A stretch of 60,220 bases of DNA, the filler included, from Hausera hauseri (taxonomy: Eukaryota): assembly GCA_046269625.1 (NCBI GenBank). It is 10 parts of 10 records of this genome, joined end to end, with 100 filler letters (N's around TTAATTAATTAA, not from the genome) between each part and the next. Parts side by side here need not be neighbours in the genome. Positions count along the whole stretch, not along the records: positions 1 to 3,949 come from JBJURY010864742.1; positions 4,050 to 8,350 come from JBJURY010648108.1; positions 8,451 to 13,732 come from JBJURY010291392.1; 7 more parts are not named here. One strand, 5' to 3'. The translations under genes were made by a program, and so were the position numbers. Under the pieces are notes generated by a model that was given only the letters and a program-made list of their open reading frames with translations, was not told the DNA's origin and ran no database searches. The first letter of the stretch is position 1. Each line of letters opens with the position of its first letter. This document shows, piece by piece, positions 1 to 11,279 of this stretch.

Positions 1-216
1 TCATCGGGTGAAACTGTTCGCGTTATTATGTTCAGACCCATGTACTTATCATTGTCTCACAATATTGTGCACAGTATATCCGTGTATATGTCTCATGAAT
101 TTTGGGAACCCATTAAATTTCTGTTTGGGTCAACGACACATTTGACGTTACATTTTCGACGTCGTCAAAGTCGATAATAAACAAACTGCGTCATCATTAT
201 CATCACCATAGAGATC

Positions 217-1320
217 ATGAGTATTTACATTGTGTTGCCGAGCAACAGTTGTCCGACGACTCGTCCGAACAATTCATCCAGTGAATACGTTGTAAATTGG
301 AACAATCCTTTGGATTTATCTGCTGGACATTGGGAGGTTGCACTGACGAAATTTAACTTTCCCTACGCACCGGTGACATTGAAAGGTAGTATGAAAATAA
401 CTCACAAAAAGACTGTTACTGAAACGAAAACACAATCTTGTCCTCTGAGACTTACTAACAATAAAATAACGGTTGGTGTATCGGCCATTTGCACGACCGA
501 AGCAAATTACGGTATATTCGGCAAGATCGATGTTTTTTATTATAGATCAAAACTTAAGTTTTATGGCAAATTTTGAATTTACTGTCACCTTTGAGTCTTC
601 TGAGATGGCGCAAAAATTTGGATTCAAAAATACAGAGTACAAAGTCAACATATAAAAAGTGTAAATACAGTTGCTCCTAGATTAAGTTCCGTATATTACC
701 AGACAACGGTGAAATTTACCTATACAAGAGGAATGGTGTCAACCTCATACGTATCGATTGGAGACAATGTCTATTGTGAATCTGTAGCACATCTCTGTCA
801 ACACTTTTCTTCTAATAAAAAGTACAAGGCGATATTTAAAGTTTTCGAGTCATATGCAAATGGGTACGTTAAATTTGAACTGGAAAAGGATATTGTCGAC
901 ATTTCATTGGACAAAGCTTTGTCCATGGTATTGGGTTTTGAAAAACAGTGGTTTCAGACATCATATACGACGACAGGGGCGGCGGTGGCACATGTTGCAA
1001 CACTCAAATCCAACCTGAAAACGGGACTAAGTCAAATGTACATTTACGTGAACTTCGCCAAACCGATTTTTGTCGGCAGAGTACGTGTACCGCTACTCCG
1101 AGCAATTTATCCGGAAAGCAGCAAGTATATTGCCGGCGACAATGTCGCTGTCAAGCTCAATAATCCGATGTACCTACCCGTGGCATCTACATCTATAAAC
1201 AATGTTGATGTGAATATACAATGTGACGCGGGTTACCTTATTGAATTTCCGTACGGTACCACAACCAGTCTAACTGTACATTTTTGTCGAATCCAACAAC
1301 AACAACAACAACATGATTGA
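217..1320 (+). pseudogene. Polinton minor capsid (penton) protein, frameshifted
   Basis: N-term 'IYIVLPSNS..N..SEYVV..PLDLSAGHWEVALT' and C-term 'MYIYVN..PIFVG..VPLLR..PMYLPV..I..DAGYLIEFPYG..LTVHF' are typical penton ends. Split over ORFs 217-576, 473-655 and 709-1320. Confidence 0.85.
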
Positions 1321-1673
1321 TTCAGAAATCGTTTCCATTTACAGTAAACCGCAGCAGGGCGGAAAACTGCCGTATCTCGTCTGTAAACAGTACGGCTATG
1401 GACGGTTGCATACATTGGCACGTTTAGCATTTCCGGTGTTGAAGCGTATCGGTGCCGTGGCAGCAAAAGCGGCACAGGACGTACTGTTTTAAAACGAGTC
1501 GATTTTACCACCACTGAAGGAACACGCCTTGTCGGAAATAAAAAGCGCTGTACCGGGAGTTGTTGAATCAGTCAAAAACAATTCTCTGGCAGTGGCTTGA
1601 TAATGAGAAATCGCCGTAAAGCATCATCGAGTTCAACAGCAATAAATAAGCGTCGTCGTACGATTTTCGATTG
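1313..1673 (+). pseudogene. Polinton small basic core-like protein (QxGG/QxGxG motif), with internal stops
   Basis: Hand translation from ATG 1313: MIDSEIVSIYSKPQQGGKLPYLVCKQYGYGRLHTLARLAFPVLKRIG..., with a basic tail. Typical position between penton and major capsid. Confidence 0.6.
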
Positions 1674-1677
1674 ACTG

Positions 1678-2979
1678 ATGACATCTGCAAAATCTGATTT
1701 GTGTATATTTGACAAAGCGACGCCACAAGTTGTTATTGACAATGCGGCATTCGAAGAAATTTACCCCGTTGATTCGGTTTCAACGGAATATAACATTGAC
1801 ATTCAATTCAACATTATGGCATCGGACAATGAATACCTGGATTTGAGCGATACGCTACTCTATGTAAAAGTCATTGTTAAAAAGGACGCGGCAACGGTTC
1901 TCGCTGCAACAGACAATGTCACACCAGCCAATTACTTTTTCCTCACACTGTTTCAGGAGGCTTCACTGACTCTGAACAGTGTTAAAATCAAAGGCAATAC
2001 CAGTCTGTACAGTATCAAAGCACTCATTGAAAGGGCTCTGAATTACAGCGCTGACACGAAAACGATTCATTTGACGGAAACCATCGGATATGATGTCACT
2101 GCAGCAAACCGTCAGGCATGGGTGGCAGAACCAAAAGCACTTACAATGTGTGGACTGCTGTACTTTGACTTTTTCGATCAGCCGAAATACCTACTGCCCG
2201 ATGTTAAAGCTATGATTCGGCTCAAACACGGCGACAATGTCTTTTGTTTGAAAAGCGCCGTTGCAAATCTCAAACTCATACTGAAAATTACCGGGGCACG
2301 ATTATACGTACGTCGTATAAAGGTAGAACCATATGTGATCATTGGACATCAATTGAGCTTGGAAACGCAAAATGCCCGTTACCCGATACAACGCACAGGA
2401 CTCGTGTTTTACAGCATACCTAAAGGTTCAACTACGTTTTACAAAGATGCACTGTTTGGCAACGTGCTATTGCAGAAATTTGTGCTCGTTACATTTCAAA
2501 CGACTGATGAACAAAGGGGCAGTTACACGACCGATTCGGAAACGTGTACCCCTAGCAATGTGAATTACATCAATTGGGGTCGGAATGCGGATTTCGTTGA
2601 AACATACAAACAGGATTTTGAGACCGGCGATTATGTTTGCACATATATGCAATCTATCGTGCGCAATATAGGTTTGCTGAACAAAAATGGCAACAGTGGC
2701 ATATCGATGGATTTGTTCAAGTCCACCTATCCATTCTTCACCTTTGTCCTGGCTCCGGATTATGACGTTCAACAGATTCAACTACCTCAGCAGGGAAACC
2801 TAAGACAGGAGGTTCACTTTGTTAAATCGTTGGAGCAATCTACTGTGATGTACATTTACGGTGTATTTGATGCCGAGGTTGAAATAACGAAAAACGGAAC
2901 CGTCATTGTACAAATAAAACCTTCTTCTTCCTCTTTGTATCATGAAGTAATTTATTACCACTATTACTATTATGATTAA
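1678..2979 (+). CDS. Polinton major capsid protein (double jelly-roll)
   Basis: 433-aa ORF with 'KSDLCIF..PQVVI..EIYP', 'EYLDLSDTLLYVK', 'DFFDQPKYLL', 'ARLYVRRIK', 'ARYPIQR'. Confidence 0.9.
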   Translation: MTSAKSDLCIFDKATPQVVIDNAAFEEIYPVDSVSTEYNIDIQFNIMASDNEYLDLSDTLLYVKVIVKKDAATVLAATDNVTPANYFFLTLFQEASLTLNSVKIKGNTSLYSIKALIERALNYSADTKTIHLTETIGYDVTAANRQAWVAEPKALTMCGLLYFDFFDQPKYLLPDVKAMIRLKHGDNVFCLKSAVANLKLILKITGARLYVRRIKVEPYVIIGHQLSLETQNARYPIQRTGLVFYSIPKGSTTFYKDALFGNVLLQKFVLVTFQTTDEQRGSYTTDSETCTPSNVNYINWGRNADFVETYKQDFETGDYVCTYMQSIVRNIGLLNKNGNSGISMDLFKSTYPFFTFVLAPDYDVQQIQLPQQGNLRQEVHFVKSLEQSTVMYIYGVFDAEVEITKNGTVIVQIKPSSSSLYHEVIYYHYYYYD

Positions 2980-3170
2980 ATCACGTTTTACGTTTAGCTC
3001 AACTGAACTCAGTCAGTATGGAAAACTGCTCTTGGGTGTGAAATTCCGCGGTGTGTTTCCACCGGACCGTGTGCCGCGTGACTTACGACAAAATGGTGGT
3101 GACGGAGGTTTCATTGTCAATACACAAAGTTCATCGTTACCGGGCGAACATTAGATTAAGGTGTACGTAA
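2972..3170 (+). pseudogene. Polinton adenain-like cysteine protease, truncated
   Basis: 'FRGVFPPDRVP..FIVNTQSSSLPGEH*' with a stop at the conserved W. The C-terminal half is replaced by unrelated sequence. Confidence 0.85.
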
Positions 3171-3706
3171 ATCCGACCGTCAAACAATTTCCACCACCAG
3201 TTTACTTGCTCAAGTGGGATTTTTCCCAGTTTGAAATTTTCCCACTGAAATTTCCCCATGTTCCCATGGTCAAACAATGTTGAAATTGTGCACATTCGAT
3301 TCCCCAACATTGATTTGACATTTGCACCAAACATTGCGTAATTTGTAACTCGTGTCTCGTTTCTCATAAAAATTTCCCCGTTTTGCTTTTTTTGCTTCTA
3401 GCGCCGGCCAGTAACATTTTCGACTTTCGCGCCGCTAGAAAATTTTTCTCCGCTCATCGAGCTTTGCCGATTTCCGTGGGTGACATGTGCGACATGTGCT
3501 TCCAATCCTGGGGGTCTCCGCCCACAAAACATGAAATTCTCAGAATTGTGAGATAGGTGGGAGAACTATGTTTTAGGTCCATCTGAACACTTTTTGGGAT
3601 CGGGGGTGGAGCGGGCACTTCTACCTACTCATGTTGCACTCATCAAAGGTAAAAAGTTGAGATAAATGGAAAAAAGAACTGAAGTCAGAGAATTGGTGTT
3701 TGCATT

Positions 3707-3892
3707 TTGACGGAAAAAATAGATGGAGCTGAACAAGAGAGAGAGAATAGAGAAGTAAATGAAGTAAGAATAGAGAAGCCTATAATTTTGAAGGATGGAA
3801 AGTCAGAGTCAATTTTTCAAGCTCTTACGGATGTTTTGGATCAATATGATTTTTGGAGTACCATAAAAATGATTGTGACACATGTTTTGTAA
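3707..3892 (+). pseudogene. possible DDE (hAT-like) transposase fragment
   Basis: 'LKDGKSESIFQALTDVLDQYDFWSTIKMIV' resembles the segment before the second catalytic Asp of hAT-like transposases. Short. Confidence 0.3.
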
Positions 3893-3949
3893 AATAACAA
3901 AATTTTTCTGCATGTTTGGAACAATTGTAGTGCAAAATGAATTTCATTT

Positions 3950-4049
3950 NNNNNNNNNNNNNNNNNNNNNNNNNNNNNNNNNNNNNNNNNNNNTTAATTA
4001 ATTAANNNNNNNNNNNNNNNNNNNNNNNNNNNNNNNNNNNNNNNNNNNN
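3950..4049. other. artificial contig linker (N44-TTAATTAATTAA-N44)
   Basis: The same linker occurs at 8351, 13733, 20652, 32352, 39051, 43438, 47693 and 55815, and carries stops in all six frames. Confidence 0.99.
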
Positions 4050-4319
4050 TGGCATCAAACGTTTAATTAGGGCAGAAGTTAATTTATCGCAATCAGCTTT
4101 TTCTTCATGAGTTATTTCTTGGAAAACATCGAGAGCTACTTCATCTAAGTAAAAGGGCATTCTTCGGATACAGGCTTGCTGGTCAATGCCTAATCCTTCA
4201 CTTAAGAAGCGATAAGTTTTTAAGAACTTAAGTAGACCGGCAGGATCACCGTTATATTTTCCAATATTCAAAGGTTCATGAATGGTTAAGTTAATCGGTT
4301 GCTGTGGAGCTTGTGCCAT
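4050..4319 (-). CDS. gag: Ty3/Gypsy Gag N-terminus (cut by contig end)
   Basis: 'KYNGDP..FLKTY..GLGID..IRRMPFYLDEVALDVFQEI..EEK' aligns with the Gag start of the 3247-aa ORF ('KFSGKEDIQDF..FGWDD..VERLPLHLKGTAL'). It lies just downstream of a PBS. Confidence 0.85.
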
Positions 4320-4480
4320 TTCGTTTGGTAAATCTGGATATATTAAGGCAAGATTTAAAGGCTTTAGTTCTATTACTAAATCTTTAAGTTCTAAACTTTG
4401 TGTGGAGTCGAGAGTCGCAAGTTTATTACGATTTTTTCAAGGTATGTTTGTTTATAATTTTAACTTCAGTTTTGGAGACA

Positions 4481-4499
4481 GGTCCTGCTAGGGTCGCCA
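4481..4499 (-). promoter_or_regulatory. primer binding site, probably tRNA-Arg
   Basis: The minus strand reads ...AACA-TTTC-TGGCGACCCTAGCAGGACC, complementary to a tRNA 3' end ...GGGUCGCCA. Confidence 0.85.
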
Positions 4500-4503
4500 G
4501 AAA

Positions 4504-5825
4504 TGTTGGTTCTCGGTTCAAAATTTCAACTTTACGCAAAAGTTTTATTTGGATTCCTGTCTCTTGTGCCCTTTGTATTCTATCCAAATGGGTACGTCAG
4601 TGATTAAATTTATGGTTCTGTATTATGTTTCACAACGACTTCTTTCTGGGGTACTTTTAGATAGAAATTTGTAAAGCCAGCAGTTAGCATAACTAACGGT
4701 CCTATGTGTAGGGAAAACGTTTCCAAGAAGCTTTTTGTAATCTTTTGTGATTTACACACAAAGTAAATAAAACAAGTTATTTCTGCTTCTAACGGGGAAA
4801 ACGGAATCAATTAATATTTTTTAGGTTGACTCTTTTGTTTAAGAACCTTTAATAACTTTTGAATTTGTTGATATAGGCCTTTTATGACCTTTGTATAAAG
4901 ATTTTTAATACACTCTAGTGAAATGATTTTAAATAAGTAAGAATTAATTACCCTTACTGTTAATATTTTATTTAGTTTAATTGTTTTGAACGATGGCTTA
5001 CTTTGTTTTCAGCCGTTCCCGCGATTAATTTGTGGGATGAAGTTTAAAATTAATTAAGAAGAAATAATAAACAACAAATGATTTGATCCTTACTGACGAA
5101 CAAACCACAAAAATTATAAAAATTACCGATCTGTTGATGACAACTAAAACCCAATGATATAATTTCTTAAATGTACAGAATGGGAGTCGAACCCGGAATT
5201 GTACAAGAGGCAGTTACCAAGGGTTAACCAATAAAAAGAATGACATAAATTTTCTTTATTTTATTGTGACTCGGTTTTGAGTTATTTTTTGTGTGTGTCC
5301 TTTTTCTTTTTTACTTCTCTTTTTATAGTATTTTCAAATGTACGGGATACATATTTTATTGTAGGGATGTTTTTCTTATTTTCTATGGGCGTTTTTATTT
5401 TTATGGTGGGTGTTTTTAATACATTTGCAGGTGTTAAAAGTACCATCAGGGATGTTTATTTTTTTTCTAATTATTACGTTTTTAATTTTTATCAGCATTT
5501 ATACTACTTATAGAATCGACAATCACAATTTGTATAGTAATTTAAGTTAATTTGTCTCGGCCTTTTAGTGTGATTTACTACTTATAAAAGTAGCAGTCAC
5601 ATTATCACTGTTTTGGTTAACAGTGTTTTTTATCTTCTAATTGAGTTTTTGATTACACGTTAAATATCTTGCTTTTTGTTGCATCGATTATAGTGTCTAA
5701 TCATCAGTCAATATTCTGTCAATAGACGATTCATCAAAATACTAAAATGTTCAATTTGCAACATTCTTCTTATTATCAAGTTTAAATTGATGATTCCTAT
5801 CTGTTGAGTTGATGATTCCGAAACA
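4504..5825 (-). repeat. putative LTR (~1.3 kb, TGTT...AACA)
   Basis: Non-coding stretch bounded on the minus strand by PPT-TGTT at 5825 and AACA-PBS at 4504. Only one copy is visible. Confidence 0.75.
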
Positions 5826-5840
5826 TTTTTCGCCCCCTCT
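5826..5840 (-). promoter_or_regulatory. polypurine tract
   Basis: Minus-strand AGAGGGGGCGAAAAA immediately before TGTTTCGG. Confidence 0.7.
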
Positions 5841-6150
5841 AAAACAATTTTCCTTAAAATTGAATGATGTCACTCTTTATTTTACATAAAAATAAAACTA
5901 AGTATAATGAAGAAAATTACATAAAATTTGAAATATGAATTGTCAATGTTAAATATAACAAAACAATGAAAGAAATATACAAAAGTATTCAAATTCAAAG
6001 CGTCATTAGATAAAAATGAGCATTGTTATACAAATAAATGAAAGAAATGTACAAATAAAGATAGTAAGTAAGATGATAGAATAAAGTAAATAATCACAAA
6101 TAAAAGATTGTCAGGAACAATCAAAGTTATACAGTTCAAAATCACAGTTT

Positions 6151-6684
6151 TCAAATTTGGATTGTTATCTCTCTTTTTGTATTTTCGGATATCTGCTCTG
6201 CTGTTTTCATCCGATACAAGTTCTCGAGGATGTATATGTCATGTTTGGCATATAGTATCATCCTTATTTTCACCTTGCTTGTATTTTTTAACGTTATCGG
6301 TCGTTCTCCCCTTGGTTTGGGGAGAGGGATTAGGTCTAACTGGATTGGTGTCGGCTGCTGTGTAAGTATCGGCTGATGATCCAACATTTTGATACGTTCT
6401 AAGTTTGCTCCAAGGAGTGCAAAATGTAGGGTTTTGTATATTTGATTTTTATACATAATTCCTATAATATTTCCATAATTTACATCTAAAAGTATTAAGC
6501 GTTGTGAAGTGATCGTAGAAGTTGGTTCATTTTTATACTGAACATTAACGCATTGAGCAACCTGCCCGTATAGTAGAATCGATAATTTTGTAAATGGTAT
6601 GAGAGGTCTGTCCTATAACATATTGGTAGTATTCTCTTTTAACTGGTTTATAGCCGAATGTTTTCGTCGTTGTATTTCTTCATA
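6151..6684 (-). pseudogene. retroelement 3' accessory ORF of unknown function, disrupted
   Basis: Coding-like sequence on the element strand. ORF 6151-6456 extends upstream in frame. Confidence 0.35.
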
Positions 6685-6687
6685 TTT

Positions 6688-7344
6688 TCAGTTTTTATTA
6701 TACTGTTTGGATATTTTCGAAAAATCATAATTGATTACGTTGTTCAAAGGTGGCTCCCAATCGTATTCCCAGTTTTCGTTGGTGCAAGTCGATTCTAATT
6801 TGTTATGTATTTTTATTAGTACTTGGATGATGTCTTCGACTGTTTTTGGGAACTCCTGGTCAAAATTGTAAACTAGTGGCATTTTGGTAAGATTTAACTT
6901 CAACCCTTGTTCTTGAAATCTTCTTTTTCTGTTCCGTGCGGACAGGAGATCTAGTGTTTCAAACAAAAATTCTTTAGGAATTCGCAATTCCTGAATAATA
7001 GTGATTGTGTTAGCACTAACCACAATGTACCCAAAAAGATAGGAGATTAATTCTTTTCTGACATCCTTTTCATCCGGTGCTTGTTGTATTATTGGTATGT
7101 TGAGTCCATGAATATGTTCTCCAGAATTTGCTATCCTTCTTCTTGGATTGATGTACGACTGATATATTATTAGTTGCTTCTCGTCTGCTACTATCAACTC
7201 ATTAAGCAGAAACTCACAGTTGGATGCGTAAGCCAAAGAGCATGCGAAGTGCCTATAATTAATGGCTGTGGTTACCCTATAATTACAGATATCCTTGGTC
7301 GGTAACTGATAGATAGCTGGTTTAAGACCCAAATTTTTATCCAT
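6688..7344 (-). CDS. ISG20/REX4-like DEDDh exonuclease-fold protein lacking catalytic residues
   Basis: 'ELIVADEKQLIIYQSYINPRRRIANSGEHIHGLN..DEKDVRKELISYLFGYIVVSAN' follows the REX4 core pattern and aligns with the C-terminal half of ORF 20865-22178. Confidence 0.65.
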   Translation of the reverse strand: MDKNLGLKPAIYQLPTKDICNYRVTTAINYRHFACSLAYASNCEFLLNELIVADEKQLIIYQSYINPRRRIANSGEHIHGLNIPIIQQAPDEKDVRKELISYLFGYIVVSANTITIIQELRIPKEFLFETLDLLSARNRKRRFQEQGLKLNLTKMPLVYNFDQEFPKTVEDIIQVLIKIHNKLESTCTNENWEYDWEPPLNNVINYDFSKISKQYNKN

Positions 7345-7602
7345 TTTACAACATGATTCTATACTAATTATAGCAGAGTGAGTAGTATTCGAAAGTAGAG
7401 CTTGGTTTGGGACGTTGTCAATTTAATTCTGTGTTTTTCGCTGATAGTGTTGCTGTCTTTTCTGGCAGCGCATGATAATAGTCTGATTCTGCTCGTAGCT
7501 GAATCTTTCCTTTAGCTAGATGAAGTAACACTTTGTTGGTTGCATCCTCTATTTGAAAAAGGTCCGTCAAACTTACATTATACATAGGTTTATCTATTCG
7601 TA

Positions 7603-8349
7603 TTATTCTGAATGATCGGTCACAGATGATATGAGTTTTAAAGCATTGTCAAGATGCTTACACTCCCGGTAGAGTAGATCGTTGAAATTATCCATTAACT
7701 CGTTTAGTCTCTTATAAAATTTTGAGGGATAAGGATTTAGTCTTGGATCGAATATTTTTATTCCACTAATTTCACATAGGTCACTCCATGATCTATTTTG
7801 TAGTCGATATGTTTTACTGTCTTGGACATTCTGTTCTATTTCCTTTTGCAGTTTTATTCTTTTTTCCTTCGGGAGGTTTTCTATACTGAATCCTTTACGT
7901 CTGATTTCTGGAATGAGCTGAGTTCTGTTCATGATTTCTATTTTTTGAGCTGTAATGGGTGGCGGAAGAATCCCACGATGTGTTGCATGTCCAAACAACG
8001 GGTTTTGGAAAGTGAACTTTGATTCGATTTCTTTCTGTGGTAGTATAACCCTTCGTTTAGGATTAGGGACTACCTATATAATTGATGTATCTGAGTCTGA
8101 CAAGCTGGCTGATTTATCAACATCAGGTTCATAATCTTCAGTTCCTTTTAGAATATTATCTTTCTCATATTCATAAACTGGCGTATTCAAGGAATTCATT
8201 TGGATGGAAAAGAAAAAGATGGTATAGCAGGTCGTATTTAATGGCCTGCTTAAAGGGTAGGTGGTTACCCTTCGATACTTTATATGTTGTTTATGTTGGT
8301 GGAAATCTATTGGTTGAGATTTGCTTTTGTTTTTTATCGTGTGTGTCAT
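7603..8349 (-). pseudogene. retroelement 3' accessory ORF(s), unknown function
   Basis: ORF fragments 8074-8349 and 7603-7998 on the element strand, with no recognised motif. Confidence 0.35.
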
Positions 8350-8708
8350 CNNNNNNNNNNNNNNNNNNNNNNNNNNNNNNNNNNNNNNNNNNNNTTAATT
8401 AATTAANNNNNNNNNNNNNNNNNNNNNNNNNNNNNNNNNNNNNNNNNNNNAAAGTTTATTTGCGCTAATCAAATATAAATTACATAAAACTATAACAACA
8501 TGCAATACTATATCAGTCATGAATTATATACAGTGGGTTACCTTTACGGTGTATATACAGTTGGTGGATAGCTGTTTTAGTTAGTTGTGTCAGTAGTTAT
8601 ATGTGATAAGGAACGTAAGTGATTAAAAATAAAATGATGATAGTATACAAAACTAGGTAGTCATAGTAAAATATACAAAAGTAAAAATCTGTGAAGTGTC
8701 AAAATTGT

Positions 8709-9503
8709 TTACACTACGATTTTGCGGCGCATGATGGCCAGTAGACGTTCACGTTCGAAGGAGCTGATCATTGGATCACGTATCAGAATGTCATTGATCG
8801 TTAAGTTTCGATAGTTGTGGGTTTCTGGGTGGATATCTGGTCGTCGCATCAGGATGGAGACTGCCCCATAGGTTCGGGTTAAAAGCACGGTTATGAGAGA
8901 AGTTTCCTCATGTGTGCTATTAGCGTAGTTTACATCGAATAAGTAGGTTCTATTGTCGACTTTCTTATTTGGGAAGGTTTCACATAATAGAAATCGTTTA
9001 AATACTATTGCATGATTTAGTAATGTACTGCATAACTGAGGTTGGAAAATAGCTTGGAATGCCTTGTTGTCGTAGGTATAATAGAATATTGGGGTTGCGA
9101 GGTTATGTTAACCGTGGCGTATGGCGAGCAGTAAGGGAATATCTCCATCTACGTTGGGTATATGTAGAGATGCTTGTAACTGAATGAGCATAAGTATAAA
9201 GAAATTATTGCACTCACTCATAATGGCTAAGTGAACGATGTTGTTGCCTTTTGTATCTTGGAACTTCAGTGCTTCAGCTGCTTCATCGCCTAGTTGGATT
9301 ATGGCTTCCATGACTCTTTCTTCATTTCCTGATGCTATTGCTAACATTAATGGGGTTGTTCCGGCGTTGTAAACTGCTGTATAGTCCATTGGGTTAGCTG
9401 GTTCGTCATTGTTTCCTGACATGTAGCGTTTTGCTGTTTGTAGAATTTGTTCCTTGTTATTTTCTACATAAGGGTAACATTCTTTTTCCCTGATGATTGA
9501 CAA
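8709..9503 (-). pseudogene. ankyrin-repeat protein (one in-frame TAA at 9108-9110)
   Basis: 'AGTTPLMLAIASGN', 'QDTKGNNIVHLAI', 'NVDGDIPLLLAIRHG'. The frame stays open after the stop to 8709 ('DVNYANSTHEETSLITVL'). Confidence 0.85.
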
Positions 9504-9652
9504 CCATTTCTCATCCCCGCAAATTTTGAAATCATATTCCAGATTGATTAGAGGAATTTTGAATGGTTTTTTGTTATGATTAGTGTTACGCGGGTGGATA
9601 CTATTACTATTAGCAGGAATATATTATAGTATATTAGGGGCTGCTTTATTGG

Positions 9653-10102
9653 TTAAATTGACGGTGTTCCATTGTGTTTAGGAGGAGTGGTAGATTTCCT
9701 AAAAATGAATTTTCCTCTTTTCATTATCTCTTCGAGTGTTGGGAATCGAAATAGTGAATTTACTCCTCTTTTGATTGTACTGACTTCCAATAATGCGACT
9801 GTTCTTGGTTTTCGTAATAGGTCATAGTAGGGTAACTGGATATTAGCTAAGTAAGGATAATCGGATATTAATTGAGCACACTCAACGTATGTGCTGGTAA
9901 TTAGAAAGCAAGCGACATTGGCGTTTTCAAATGTGATAATAAAATCGGGATTTGGTAAATTGAACATTACACGATCGGACCTCACTTGAAGATAAATATC
10001 CAATGGTTTGAATGGAATTATTTTGATTCGTTCTGGGCTTTGTCGTAATCCTTCTATCAGATAGGGAATTTTGTTATGTACGGAATAGATAAAAATTTTC
10101 AA
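9653..10102 (-). CDS. hypothetical protein
   Basis: 149-aa ORF on the coding strand, no recognised motif. Confidence 0.35.
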   Translation of the reverse strand: MKIFIYSVHNKIPYLIEGLRQSPERIKIIPFKPLDIYLQVRSDRVMFNLPNPDFIITFENANVACFLITSTYVECAQLISDYPYLANIQLPYYDLLRKPRTVALLEVSTIKRGVNSLFRFPTLEEIMKRGKFIFRKSTTPPKHNGTPSI

Positions 10103-11279
10103 CCAAAATGTATTTGAACAAGAAGATTGTAACTGTAATGTTAGAAGTTTTTGTCGATTATCATGCTTTGTACATAATATCGGAGGTCATGGATTTGTGA
10201 CCTCTAGAGTGTACATTTCCTCGCTATAACGTTTTGCAGCGCAGGATAGAGCATAGTGAGCTCTACAAATTTGAGGTGCAATTACTAGAATTTCATTTTC
10301 ATAAAATATTTTTGCATTAATTTGTTGATTGTCTGTAACTGTGGGAGTACACGGGATTGTTGGTGCTTTTCTTTAAATTTCTTTTACGGTATTTTTCCAT
10401 ATACCATTTACGAGACGAACATGGCAAATATTAGTAAATATTCCTGATCTGGACGTGCAAATATGCAGATTGACTGATTTTGTTCCCTAGAGTAGTGGAT
10501 ATTTTTATTGCTAGTGGAGGTATCGGCGTATCTGGTGGTTATTTACATTATTCTTCCCTTTGGTATTTTTCTATCCCACTCGACTGGTAGGCATTGTTTT
10601 CTATAGTTATGTTGAACTAGAAATATTCTTTTTTGTAAGAACAATCTATCAATATTAGTTTGTTCCTTTTGTTCTTGTGAATTATCTGTTAAGGATAGCG
10701 TGATTGTCTTTTGTTCTGTAGGTATAATTATTTCAATCGTCCGGTTTTCGGAAAGGGGTAAGTCTTTATTTCTTGATGTATGTACTTGTACCAAATAAAT
10801 GTCCTTGGATAACTTTACAACAACTTACTTTATGAGTAAAAATAAAATTACACACAATATTGATCGCCTGTAAAGTGTTAGTGCTCCCCATTCTTCTTTC
10901 AAAGGTTTTGTATTTTCTGTTTTGTTCTCTTAAGGGGAGAATTTTATAAGTAGGCACTTACTCTTGTGGTTATACTAAATGAAAAGATTTCCTGGTGCAG
11001 CTTCTTGGATATCCCTTGGTTCTGTTTTCGGGTTTCTTTTTGAAATTTTATAAAATCCGAGAATGTATGCGGCACTACTTGATTGGGCAGGCTTGTCGTT
11101 ATTTTCTGAGAACTTAGAGTTTTGTATACAGCAAACTAATATACTCAAGTGTCGAATCATCCGATGAGATTTTGGGCCACTTCTGATTACGTTATGCCTG
11201 GCGCCGATGTTATTGAGAGGCTTAGTTATTAAATTATTGCTAAATCGTACTTCGTGAGAGGCGGTGTTCTTTCTAGATT

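Larger units (their letters stand above)
1..3170 (+). mobile_element. Polinton/Maverick (adintovirus-like) morphogenetic module, partly decayed
   Basis: Gene order minor capsid - minor capsid - small core-like protein - major capsid - cysteine protease. 1-~810 is homologous (reverse complement) to ~13833-14600. Confidence 0.9.

Noticed and set aside
5182-5194. Pol III B-box/tRNA T-loop-like GGGTTCGACTCCC inside the LTR
   Set aside because: No cloverleaf or convincing A-box. A nearly identical string also occurs inside coding sequence near 32763, so chance cannot be excluded.
5277-5513. Hydrophobic 78-aa ORF as a membrane protein
   Set aside because: It is T-rich low-complexity sequence on the antisense strand of the LTR.
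9108-9110. Programmed readthrough in the ankyrin gene
   Set aside because: The context TAA-CAT-AAC is not CARYYA, and the contig has many disabling mutations, so a nonsense mutation is more likely.
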